64,000 bases of DNA from assembly GCA_951406725.2 (NCBI GenBank), contig OX597815.1, positions 100,936,001-101,000,000 on the forward strand, read 5' to 3'. Numbering within the stretch: position 1 is the first letter of the stretch; each line of letters starts with the position of its first letter. Below are positions 1 through 20,230 of this stretch, in pieces. The stretch comes from Octopus vulgaris (Eukaryota). The position numbers were made by a program, and so were the translations under genes. Under the pieces are notes generated by a model, which was not told the DNA's origin, did no database searches, and worked only from the letters and a program-made list of their open reading frames with translations.

Positions 1-2362
1 TCATACACATGCGTCATACAGTCTACCTTTTACTCTGAATGAGAGGCCCTTTGTCACCAGCAGAGGAAAGAGCTCTCTGAACTTTGTCCAGGCTATTCTT
101 ATTCTAGCGGCTACACTTTCAGCACACCCTCCCCCGCTACTGACTTGATCACCTAGGTAATGGAAGCTATCAACTACTTCTAGCTTTTCTCCCTGGAATG
201 TGGTAGAAGTTGTTCTGTGTACATTTTCAGTGTTTATTGCTCCTGAGCATCTGCCACATACAAAAACTATCTTCCCTGTTAGCCTTCCTTTGATATTGCT
301 GCACCTCTTATGTGTTCATAGATTACACTGGGTACATCTTTTTGAGTTTCTATCTATGCCTTTTCTACAGATCGAGCAGGGCCATCTACCTGAAGGGACT
401 TGTGGTTTGCCAGCCTTCCTATTTATTAGGACTTTGGTTTTAGCTAGGTTGACTCTAAAGCCCTTCGATTCTAATCCTTGTTTCCACACCTGAAACTTCT
501 CTAGTTCTGATAGTGACTCAGCAATTAGAGCAAGGTCGTCAGCATAGAGGAGCTCCCAGGGGCATCCTGTCTTGAATTCCTCTGTTATTGCCTGGAGGAC
601 TATGATAAATAGGAGGGGGCTAAGGACTGAACCTTGGTGGACCCCTACCTCCACCCGCAATTCTTCACTGTACTCGTTGCCAACCCTCACCATACTGACA
701 ACGTCCCTGAACATGGCTTGCACAGTTCTCACTAACCATTCATCTATCCCTAGTTTCCTCATTGACCACCAGATAAGGGATCGGGGGACCCTGTCATAGG
801 CTTTCTCCATGTCAACAAAAACCAGGTACAGGGGCTTATCTTTGGCTAGGTATTTCTCCTGCAGCTGTCTTACCAGAAATATAGCATCAGTGGTGCTTTT
901 CCCTGGTATGGACCCAAACTGCATCTCATCAAAACTGACTCTCTCCCTAATTAGTTGGGCTATGACCCTCTCCTTGACCTTCATTACCTGATCTAACAAC
1001 TTGATACCTCTGTAATTATTTGTATCTAGAGCGTCACCTTTACCTTTGTAGCAGTTGACTATGATGCTGCTACACCAGTCATTGGGTATAACTCCTTCGT
1101 GTATCACCTGGTTAACTATACGGGTGACTAGGCTATAGTCAACATTGCCAGATATTTTAAGCATTTCTACAGTGATTCCTGATGGGAGTTTTCCCTGTCT
1201 TCATACTCTTAATTGCTTTATCTACCAAGGTACTGTCAACTTGGATAGCTGGTCCCTCTGTTGGATTGACATTCAGCAGACTCTCTTTCTCCCATTCATT
1301 TTCTTTATTGAGCAACCTTTCATAGTGGCGTCTCCAAACCTCCATCATTGCAGCCTCATCTAGTGCAAGTGAACCATCATCCATGCGAACACATTTCTCT
1401 CCTACAATGTCATGATTCTCTCTCACACACTGTCTTGCAACATGAAATACCTCAAGTCTTTGGTCCTCACAGTGCAGAACATTGGCAAATTTTTTCTTAT
1501 CTGCTTCCCCTCTGGCTAAATAAACCTGCCTCCTAGTTTCCCTTCCGGCAGTCTGATACAATTCCCTGCTACCACCATTCTTCCAGTCCTTCCACGCCCG
1601 TTTATTTTCTCTAATAGCCCTGTCAACAACAATTGTTCCACCACCATGTTATTTTGGGTCGAAAGGGGACTTTGCACCATCCACAGATCTGGTCAGTGGC
1701 CTTCAGCAGATTATTCCGTAGAAACCTCCAGTTGTCCTCTACATTGTGTGAAGCTATATCCCCTTCTATTTCGTCAAAGGCTTCGAGTAATATGTCTCTA
1801 AATCTCTGTCCATTTGCAGGATCTTTAAGCTTCCAGACCCTTCTCCTCCATGCTGATCATCTTCTGGGCATCCACTTAGCCCTGATTGTAAAGTCAATAA
1901 CTACCAGTCTATGATGTGGGGTACATTCTTTGCCTAGGAAGGTTTTGGCATTTATAAGCAGCCATCTTTCCCTTCTTCTGGTGAGGATGTAGTCAATTTG
2001 GCTAGTGTGTCTGCCAGAATGGTAGGTGACTGGCAGGTTTTTTGAAGTTGGTATTGCAAACCATAAGATCATTTGCATCGCAGAACTCCAGCAGCCTGGC
2101 TTCCTCCTCATTGCAGGAGCCAAAACCGTAGCCGCCATGGAAGCCCCCGGCATGTTGTCCAACATGTCTATTGAAGTCACTAGCCACAAATAGAAGGTCC
2201 CTGTCATTCGTCAACGCAGTAGTTTGCAAGAGGGTATCATAGAATCAGTCTTTCTGTCCATTGGGTAGCCCTGGCTGAGGGGCATAGGTCGAGATAATGG
2301 TTGCTAACCCATGATGAAGCACTAATCTAATCTTAAGTATTCTGTCACATACTCTGACGAAG
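1..2362 (-). mobile_element. Decayed RTE-clade LINE (APE endonuclease + reverse transcriptase); runs off the window edge
   Basis: Frameshifted pieces: endonuclease-like IISTYAPQPG, SDFNRHVG, SQIDYIL, HHRLVV; RT motifs NYRGIKLL, QFG, FVDMEKAYD, GVHQGSVLSPLLF, LLYADD (316-1164), continuing after a stop as FHYLGD. Confidence 0.92.
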
Positions 2363-2433
2363 AGGTAAAAAAAAAGAGAATGAAAAAAATGGAGCAAGAC
2401 ACAAAATGTGTAAGGATTCAACATGATGAATAT

Positions 2434-2990
2434 ATCATCATCATCATCGTTTAACGTCTGCTTTGCATGCTGGCATGGGTTGGGTGCTTTGATTGAAGGC
2501 TGGCAAGCCAGAAAGCTGCACCAAGCTCCAATCTGATCTGGCAGAGTTTCTAATGCCAACCACTCCGAGAGTGTAGTGGGTACTTTTTATGGGAGCCAGT
2601 CAGGTGGCACTGGCAATGCCCATGCTTGAATGGTGCTTTTTACGTGCCAGTCAGGCGGTAGTCATTGACCACAACAATGACTTCACTTAACTCAACAGGT
2701 CTTTGCAAGTGCAGTTTATTGCCTAACGACTGAAGGGTACTCTTAGATGGGCTGGTTGTGCTGCACTGGCATAGTCCTTGGTTACGGTCTCACTTGGCTT
2801 GCCAGGTCTTCTCAAGCATAGCATATCTCCAATAGCATGACAGTACCAGCGCAGTTGTCTTTTTTGCACACCACATCTGATGCTTCTTATGTCAAACTTT
2901 TCTCTCAGGGCATTTACACTGTTGTGTATGCACACTGACATTACACATTCAGTGAAGCATACTAGCTTCATTCCTTGCAAGCTTACATAT
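2434..2990 (-). mobile_element. RTE LINE 3' end (ORF C-terminus, 3' UTR, (GAT)n tail)
   Basis: LREKFDIRSIRCGVQKRQLRWY at about 2830-2930; terminus ...CAACCCATGCCAGCATG...GACGTTAAACGATGATGATGAT is shared with other copies in the window. Confidence 0.8.
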
Positions 2991-3019
2991 GTCTTTAGCA
3001 GTCACGGTCCATGTTTCAT

Positions 3020-3209
3020 TGCCACTGCCTTAAAGGGTTTTTTAGTCGAAGAAACTGGCCCCAGTACTTACTCTTTGTAAGTCTAGTACATATTCTATCA
3101 GTCTCTTTTACCAAATCACTAAGTTATGGGGATATAAACACAGTTGTCAAGGGAAGGTTGGGGGGGGGGGGTGACAAACACAGACACAAAGACATACACT
3201 CATAAATAT

Positions 3210-3241
<32 letters not shown>

Positions 3242-3409
3242 GACAAGCTTCTTTCAGTTTCCATTGTTCATACACAAACAAGTCTGCTCACAAAGCTTTG
3301 GTTCCCCAAATCTATAATAGAAGAATCTTGTCCAAGATACCATGCAGTGGGACTAAACCTAGAATCATGTAGTTGAGAAAGAAAACTTCTTACCACACAG
3401 CTATGCCTA
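3020..3409 (-). mobile_element. tRNA-derived CORE-like SINE, diverged copy
   Basis: Reverse complement aligns along its length with the SINE at 32744-33135, including the internal microsatellite. Confidence 0.75.
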
Positions 3410-3581
3410 TAGATTTGGTTTATGTGCGGTCAAAAAATATACAAGGAAAAACAAGTAGAAGAACAACAGAATGTATTAGTTTAACACACAGGAAAAACGG
3501 AAGAGATCTAAGCAAATACATTCTGTTTGTTGTTCTTTTACTTGTCTGTGTATCCTTTTGTATATAAGTAATCAGCACATC

Positions 3582-3661
3582 TATGTGGCTGTTCCATGTT
3601 GCTACTAGTTTAACCCAGGCAGATCTGGGGTTAAACTAGTAGTAACATGGAACAGCCACAT
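3582..3661. repeat. Inverted repeat with about 35-bp arms
   Basis: ATGTGGCTGTTCCATGTTGCTACTAGTTTAACCC...GGGTTAAACTAGTAGTAACATGGAACAGCCACAT. Confidence 0.85.
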
Positions 3662-4199
3662 TGGTGTGGTGATTAACTTTACTTATTAGTATAGTTACTA
3701 CTCTCATCTCTTATTGAGACTTTACAACTAGCTATCTTACTCCCTCTCTCTCTTTCTATATATATATATTCATATTTGAGTGTATGTGGTTATGTCCATA
3801 TCAGTGACCCCCGAAAGGCTCTGAAACAGTGTGTCCTTGACAAAAATGAATTTGACTTTGCATCTCAAAGAGAAGGTAATCTGTAAATAATAGTAAAAAA
3901 AAAAAAATACAATTTGCTATGAGAAATAACTCGACTTTTAAATTGATAACTATCACCATCAATCTATTTCTCTTTATACTAGGTTCTGTTGAACCGTGTT
4001 GTGTTTGACCAATTGAAGCACATAGTGTGGCATTGATGTTATTTTTCCTTTCCTTCTTTTTCTCCCTCACAACATGCTATTGTAGTGTCTGATATATGAC
4101 TATTTGAAAAGAATTGAGATATTTTCCGTTTGGCTGCCAATTTTCAGTTTCTTCAATTCCTACTTGTATTGATTTCATATTTAGTTTAATGATATAGTT

Positions 4200-4845
4200 T
4201 TATATGCTAATCATTGCTTTGAAATTTATTTTTGCAATAAATCTTTTAAAGTTTGCAAACTTTGGGAAAATTTCACCAGTCATAAGCCACAGACACATTC
4301 ATGTCTGGGCCTTCTTAACAACTTTAGAGATGTGCTGTGTCCAGTGCAAATCGCTGCTGACAATAATGCTCAGGTCTCATTCACAAGAAGACTTCTTGAC
4401 ATTAGTGTTGTGGAGAGAGTATGTGGGTGCTAGGGTTTTTCCTCTCAAAATGCATGGTACATTTGTCCACAGCCAGCTTCAGTCCATGATTCATTGCTGC
4501 ATTGTGTCCATGTCCGATCGCAGGAAAGATTTATAGTGTTCAGGATCTGTCCTTCTTATCTCAAAGTACAACTTGTCCTCTGCACTGTGGTATTTCAGCA
4601 CTGTGGTATTCTTTAAGTTGGCAGCTATATCAAAATGCATGCACAAACAAAAGGGGACCAAGAACAAATCCCTGCGGTACACCAGATGACATCTCATAGG
4701 GTGATGAATACTGTCCTAGAACTGTGACAACCTCTTTTCGGCTGAGAATTAAAAAGATCATCTGTCACATCCATTGCAGAGAGCTTTGCCATGTCTTTTC
4801 TGTGGCACAGAATTAAAAGCTTTAGAAAAGTCAAGGTAAACAACA
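4200..4845 (-). mobile_element. Old CR1/L2-like RT remnant
   Basis: VVYLDFSKAFNSVP and SGVPQGFVLGPLLF motifs, broken by stops and frameshifts. Confidence 0.75.
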
Positions 4846-4908
4846 CACACACACATATGTACATATATATATATATGTACATACACACACATATATATAT
4901 ATGTACAT

Positions 4909-4943
<35 letters not shown>

Positions 4944-4945
4944 CA

Positions 4946-5122
4946 CATCATTATCATCATCGTTTAACTTCTGCTTTCCATGCTGGCATGGGTTGGACGG
5001 TTTGACTGAGGACTGGTGAGCCAGATGGCTGCATCAGGCAGCAATCTGATCTGGCAGAGTTTCTACAGCTGGATGCCCTTCCTAATGCCAACCACTACAA
5101 GAGTGTAGTGGGTGATTTTATG
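4946..5122 (-). mobile_element. RTE 3' UTR fragment with (GAT)n tail
   Basis: Same terminal sequence as 2434 and 26600-26775. Confidence 0.75.
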
Positions 5123-5132
5123 CTCGAATGTT

Positions 5133-6580
<1,448 letters not shown>

Positions 6581-7166
6581 TGGCGCTGAACTAACAACAA
6601 GTGTGTTAACGTCTTTCTCCTAAACATTAAGGAAGTCCTTCCAGAGATCGATGTTATCAGAAGCGAAATTGTCTGCAAAGCGAATATAAGTGAAAGTACA
6701 ACAAGTCACTGTATTTGAGAAGAATATTTTCGCTTTTGATATAGTGTTTTGCAACTAAAACATACTCGTGAATACACGTGTTAAAACGCACGTGTGTTAC
6801 TTTCCCGAAATCGAAGTGAATTTTATTCTTCGTCTGTGAATCAACAAGACACAGGATATTTTCGTTTTGATGTATATCTGCGTGTTCTGAAAAAAGCCTC
6901 TGAAAAATTTGCTGCTTAATACCAAATCGCTTAGGGAAATACAGAAAGTATTCCTCAAACTGTTGCACGTGCTAAATCGAAACTCAAATCCCTTTTGTTT
7001 ACAAAGTGCGCTTGGGGAAAAAAAGGTCTGTCTTGTCTATCTATCTTCCTTTCTCATAAAAAGGAATCGCGTAAGTACTCTCTCTCAGCCGGTAAGGTAA
7101 GGAAAAAAAAAAATATTACTTATTTTGTTATCATTAGTGTTCTTTCAAACAGAAAATAATAATATA

Positions 7167-7420
7167 TCTATGTGTATGTATATGTGTGTGTTAGAAGTAT
7201 AGCCGCAATTATTTTTAGAAGACATTGTTTTAGCGACGGACAAATGTATATCTTCTTTTCTCTTTTTCTCTGCTTAAATTCTGTAAAATCTCTATGTGTA
7301 TGTATATGTGTGTGTTAAAAGTATAGTCACAATTAGTTTTTATTTTAGAATACATTGTCTGTAGCGACAAATACATATTTTCTTTTCTCTTTTTCTCTGC
7401 TTAATTTCTGTAAAATCTCT
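7167..7420 (+). repeat. Tandem duplication of about 125 bp in the putative LINE 5' UTR
   Basis: TCTATGTGTATGTATATGTGTGTGTTA..AGTATAG...CTGTAAAATCTCT occurs twice. Confidence 0.85.
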
Positions 7421-7770
7421 TGGATTGTTTTCTTTCAGCTATTTCATTATTATTATTATTGTTTCTTTATATACTCACTTGGTACTACTGTTTATATATG
7501 TGCGTGTGCACACATGTATATATGTGTGTATGTGTATGTATGTATACGCGTGTGTGTGTGTGTACAAATAGCTTCGCTTAGAATTCTCCCCTCTCTCTCT
7601 CTCTCTGTCTGTCTCTTCAGTTTCTCTCACTCACGCTTCTCCTTGTCTCTTCATAGCTCTCATTCTATCTTACTCCCCTCTTTCAAATATATAAATTCTC
7701 TCTATATTTCTTCCTTCTCTCCCTATCTCTTCAGTTTCTCTCCCGCTTCTCCTTGTCTCTCCATTTCTCT

Positions 7771-8060
7771 CTTCTAACTTACTCTCCTCTCTCGGATACA
7801 TATAAGGACATAGACGCTTTCTCTCTCTTCCTTCAGCTCTCGGTCTCTCCTCTTCCTCTTCTCTCTTACTCTCGGCTCCCAATTTCTCCTTAAGTACATA
7901 GACGCTCCCTTTCTCTTCTAACTTACTCTCCTCTCTCGGATACATATAAGGACATAGACGCTTTCTCTCTCTTCCTTCAGCTCTCAGTCTCTCCTCTTCC
8001 TCTTCTCTCTTACTCTCGGCTCCCAATTTCTTCTTAAGTACATAGACGCTCCCTTTCTCT
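7771..8060 (+). repeat. Near-perfect 144-bp tandem duplication in the putative LINE 5' UTR
   Basis: CTTCTAACTTACTCTCCTCTCTCGGATACATATAAGGAC starts at 7771 and again at 7915. Confidence 0.9.
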
Positions 8061-8214
8061 ACTTTCTCCCTACCCCCCTATTGCACTATTAGATTAATAT
8101 AAATTAATATAATATAATATAATTCCTCCCTTCCTCACAATCACAATCTCTTCCTCTCTCCTCCCTTCTCCCTTTTTCCCTCACAGCTTCTCTCTCTCTC
8201 CCCGCTACAACGGA

Positions 8215-9150
8215 ATGGACAACATGCAAAAATTAGAGGTGAATGCAAACACTGGCGTCAACAAAAGCCAGCGTAACTGGACGAAAGTAGAGCTGGAAGT
8301 TTTCATCAGAGGATGGAGCTCGGCCGACAGATCGCAACCAACTAAAAACATAGCGGCGACCCTGAAAAGCCATGGCTTTATGAGGACGTTGGCGCAAGTA
8401 GAGAGGAAGAAAAGAGAAGTCGAAAGGGCCTACACTCTCATTGCACCACACATGGCTTTGCTAAGCCAAGTCCTCAAGGTGGACAAAGACAAAGAGAGAG
8501 AGATGGAAACAGGAAACACCAACCACAGAGTGTCAAAAAATGACACGCCCACTGCCACAGTCGAAGAAGGCAAGCAGGGCAAACAACAGATAGGCGGCAA
8601 TGGGGAAACAGAAAATAACCACCCGGATGAAAAGACCTATGCAGAAAGGAACCAGTGGACAACCGTCCAACGGAGGAAGAAAAAACAGAGAGGAACTGGG
8701 GACAAGAAAACCCAGATAACATGCAAATTCTTCCGGAATGGAACCTGCTGGCATGGAGAAACAGGGGAAGGATGCAGGTTCGCTCATCCCAGGCCCTATG
8801 GAAATTGCATCAAACCCACTCGACCAAAATGCCTTAACCAAAACCAGAACAAATACAAGCTGCCCCAGAAATATGCAGACATAGTGCGTAATGCCCCAAC
8901 AAGGAGAAGGTGCACATTTGCAGAGGAAATGCAGACGGCGGCAGCAGAACAAAGAAATTTTGTGGAAATGGCAGAGAAAATTGTGGGACAACTGGCCTGG
9001 ATACATCGTCTTCAGAGCCAGGGGCACTCACAACAGCACTCAAGACCACCACAATCAAGGGACCCAGGGTGGCCACCGCTGACGCCGGCCCAGGTGCCAC
9101 ACCGTCAGCCTTTATTGACACCCCGGGTGTCTCACCAGTGCTTCTGCTGA
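8215..9150 (+). CDS. LINE ORF1, 311 aa: Myb/SANT-trihelix-like N-terminus, basic linker, CCCH zinc finger
   Basis: ATG start; RNWTKVELEVFIRGW...IAATLKSHGFMRTLAQVERKKREVERAY; CKFFRNGTCWHGETGEGCRFAHP; homologous segments at 25278 and 33138. Confidence 0.85.
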   Translation: MDNMQKLEVNANTGVNKSQRNWTKVELEVFIRGWSSADRSQPTKNIAATLKSHGFMRTLAQVERKKREVERAYTLIAPHMALLSQVLKVDKDKEREMETGNTNHRVSKNDTPTATVEEGKQGKQQIGGNGETENNHPDEKTYAERNQWTTVQRRKKKQRGTGDKKTQITCKFFRNGTCWHGETGEGCRFAHPRPYGNCIKPTRPKCLNQNQNKYKLPQKYADIVRNAPTRRRCTFAEEMQTAAAEQRNFVEMAEKIVGQLAWIHRLQSQGHSQQHSRPPQSRDPGWPPLTPAQVPHRQPLLTPRVSHQCFC

Positions 9151-12092
9151 ATGTCAGAGGTCTGGTGAAACCCACTAATATGGGTAAAATTCCTTACCTT
9201 AGGGACTTGAGCACAAGCAACCATGCAATATGCATAGCGCTGACTGAAACGCACCTGTCAAGCAGTATAGCAGATGCAGAAATACACATACCGAAGTATA
9301 CTGTTTTTCGGTCGGACAGGAAGGAAAGAACTCATGGTGGGGTTGCCCTGTACGTCCGTGAAGATGTCACACCCATAGTACTGTTGACACACTCAAACTC
9401 AGTCTGTGACACACTGATAGTACACATGAAACAACCGAAAATAGTAATATGTGTCACATATCGGCCACCAGACACCCCTAGTCATGAAGGAGTGTTTGAA
9501 GATAGCCTCAGAAGAATAGAAGAAGTCCTGGACAAACTGGACCAGGGTAACACCATTCTACTGCTGGGAGATTTTAACCTTCCGAAAGTCAAATGGCCAG
9601 ATGGCCATCTCCTCCCTGGAATGACATCACTTGAACAGAGACAGACAGAGTCCTTGTTGGCTCTCACACGCAAGTTTTTCATGGAGCAAGCAGTGCTTTG
9701 GCCAACAAGAGGTGAGAATGTCTTGGACCTCTGTTTCACAAGCAACCCGATGCTCATCCACAACATAATGGTAACACCAACAATTCTCTCAGATCACAAC
9801 TTAGTAGAGGTAATGATATATGGTATGAGAGAGTTAGTTGAGACGCAGCCATTAGAAAATACCACAGGCCTATCCAGTCTAAACTTCCATAAGGCAAACT
9901 GGAAGAAGATCAACGAAGAGATCCGAAAACATGACTGGAGTGACTTCATCACCACACAAGACACCAACACACATTTCCAACATTTCATGACAACAATACA
10001 GAACATATGCCATAAGTTTGTCCCGGAGAAAAAAGCCAGCGGGCATAGGAACGTTATTCCCAGAGACAGGAAAATACTTATGAGGCGAAGAGCTAAGCTC
10101 TCGAAGCAACTGAATGCACGGCAGAGAAACAATGAGGGACTCCACCTGAAACTTTTTGAAACGGAAACTGCACTCAAACTTTCCTATGAGAAGGAGAGGG
10201 CAGAGAGAGAAGCCAGGGCCATAGAGAATATTAAAACAAACCCTAAAGCCTTCTTTAAATTTGCGAAAGAAACCACCTCGGTACACTGCAAGATTGGCCC
10301 ACTCTTTGATAAAAAGGGCTCTCTAACTGAGGACCCCCAAGGGATAAGTGAAATACTAAAGGAACAGTATAAAAGTGTGTTCACATCCCCTCTGGGGCAC
10401 ATGCAAATCACAAACCCAGAAGTTTTCTTTGATGCCACAACACTCCAAAACCAAACAACAACCATCGACCACATAGACATAACAGAGAGGGATGTAATAT
10501 CTGCCATAGAAGAAATGAGAATAAACTCAGCTGCTGGACCAGATGGATTCCCAGCAGTCCTCCTAAAAACATGCAGGCATGCCCTAGCGGGACCACTGAA
10601 GAAGCTCTTCAGTGGTTCCTTGGCTAACGGTAAACTGCCCAGGGCGCTAAAAGAAGGCACCATATGCCCTATCCACAAAGGAGGGAGTAGAGCAGAGGCC
10701 AAAAACTACAGGCCAGTCTCCCTGACGTCACACATAAGTAAGGTCATGGAACGAATCATCAGAAAAAAACTGATCACGTTCCTCGAAGAAACTAACCGTC
10801 TCACTGACACACAGCATGGCTTTCGCCCAGGAAGAAGCTGCCTTACGCAGCTGTTACAACACTACGACTGGGTACTGAAACAACTACTGGATCGCTCACA
10901 GGTGGATGTGGTATATCTCGACTTTGCGAAGGCCTTTGACAAAGTCGACCACGGAGTGATATGTCACAAATTACTCAGACTCGGCATAACAGGAAAAGTA
11001 GGTGAGTGGATACATGACTTCCTGAAGGACAGAAGCCAGATGGTTGCAGCCAATGGAGCCCTCTCGGGAAAGACACCAATAGCAAGCGGGGTGCCACAGG
11101 GCACAGTCTTGGGACCCTTGCTGTTTTTGGTGGCGCTCTCTGACATGCCCTTGGTAGCACAAACAACATCCCTCACTAGCTATGCTGATGACACAAAGGT
11201 AGCACAGGCAATCAAAAACCCAGCTGATGCTGACCTTTTACAACAAGATCTGGATGCCATATACAAATGGGCTGAAGACAACAACATGCAATTTAATGCT
11301 GGCAAATTTCAAGCCTTACAATATCAAGCTGTAAACACATATACATTACAACACAACTATACTGGTCCAGGAGGGATCGAAATCCCAGTATCGAAATCAA
11401 TACGGGACCTGGGGATAGACATGAGTGACGATGCATCTTTTTCTTCACACATCGCGAAGGTGGCGACAATGTGCAGACGACTCACTGGCTGGATCCTGAG
11501 GACATTCCGGACAAGAGACTGCGAGACCATGTTGACACTATGGAGGACATTTGTCCTAAGCCGCCTGGACTACTGCTCCCAACTGTGGTCACCGCATAGT
11601 GTCAAACTAACCACAGAGCTTGAGACAATCCAAAGACATTTCACCAAGAGGATTTCCACCATGAAAGAAAAGAACTATTGGGAGAGGCTTAGGGAACTCA
11701 ATTTGTACTCCTTGGAACGAAGACGAGAGAGATATGCAGTGATATACATATGGAAAATCCTGGAGGGACTAGCACCAAATTTTGGAATTGAGAGCTGTTC
11801 CAATCCCCGTACAGGACGTCACTGTGTGGTGCCAAAGGTCCCGTCTTCCACATCCAGGGTAAGGAGCAGATACTGTAATAGCCTGGGGTTCAGGGGCCCT
11901 CAGCTTTTCAACAAACTGCCAAGAAAACTAAGAGATCTACATGATGCGGATGTGGACATTTTCAAAAAACATCTAGACAAGCTGCTTTCCGGGATCCCAG
12001 ATGAACCCACTGCAAGGTACGAAGGTAACCTAAGGGCAGCAGCTACAAACTCTCTCTTAGATCAGTGGCCAGCCACGGCAAACTGGACTTAG
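8910..12092 (+). CDS. LINE ORF2, uninterrupted APE endonuclease + reverse transcriptase (true start uncertain)
   Basis: [39 protein letters not shown]; [48 protein letters not shown]; CR1-type [10 protein letters not shown]...SLERRRER C-terminus. Confidence 0.96.
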   Translation: MHICRGNADGGSRTKKFCGNGRENCGTTGLDTSSSEPGALTTALKTTTIKGPRVATADAGPGATPSAFIDTPGVSPVLLLNVRGLVKPTNMGKIPYLRDLSTSNHAICIALTETHLSSSIADAEIHIPKYTVFRSDRKERTHGGVALYVREDVTPIVLLTHSNSVCDTLIVHMKQPKIVICVTYRPPDTPSHEGVFEDSLRRIEEVLDKLDQGNTILLLGDFNLPKVKWPDGHLLPGMTSLEQRQTESLLALTRKFFMEQAVLWPTRGENVLDLCFTSNPMLIHNIMVTPTILSDHNLVEVMIYGMRELVETQPLENTTGLSSLNFHKANWKKINEEIRKHDWSDFITTQDTNTHFQHFMTTIQNICHKFVPEKKASGHRNVIPRDRKILMRRRAKLSKQLNARQRNNEGLHLKLFETETALKLSYEKERAEREARAIENIKTNPKAFFKFAKETTSVHCKIGPLFDKKGSLTEDPQGISEILKEQYKSVFTSPLGHMQITNPEVFFDATTLQNQTTTIDHIDITERDVISAIEEMRINSAAGPDGFPAVLLKTCRHALAGPLKKLFSGSLANGKLPRALKEGTICPIHKGGSRAEAKNYRPVSLTSHISKVMERIIRKKLITFLEETNRLTDTQHGFRPGRSCLTQLLQHYDWVLKQLLDRSQVDVVYLDFAKAFDKVDHGVICHKLLRLGITGKVGEWIHDFLKDRSQMVAANGALSGKTPIASGVPQGTVLGPLLFLVALSDMPLVAQTTSLTSYADDTKVAQAIKNPADADLLQQDLDAIYKWAEDNNMQFNAGKFQALQYQAVNTYTLQHNYTGPGGIEIPVSKSIRDLGIDMSDDASFSSHIAKVATMCRRLTGWILRTFRTRDCETMLTLWRTFVLSRLDYCSQLWSPHSVKLTTELETIQRHFTKRISTMKEKNYWERLRELNLYSLERRRERYAVIYIWKILEGLAPNFGIESCSNPRTGRHCVVPKVPSSTSRVRSRYCNSLGFRGPQLFNKLPRKLRDLHDADVDIFKKHLDKLLSGIPDEPTARYEGNLRAAATNSLLDQWPATANWT

Positions 12093-12164
12093 AGAGGGTA
12101 GCAACAAGGGCGGTGCCCCAGCATGGCCTCAGCCGGATGGCTGAAACAAGTAAAAGTAAAAGAG

Positions 12165-20230
<8,066 letters not shown>

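Noticed and set aside
9148-9153. TGA-ATG stop-start coupling for ORF2
   Set aside because: The ATG is in the ORF1 frame, not the ORF2 frame.
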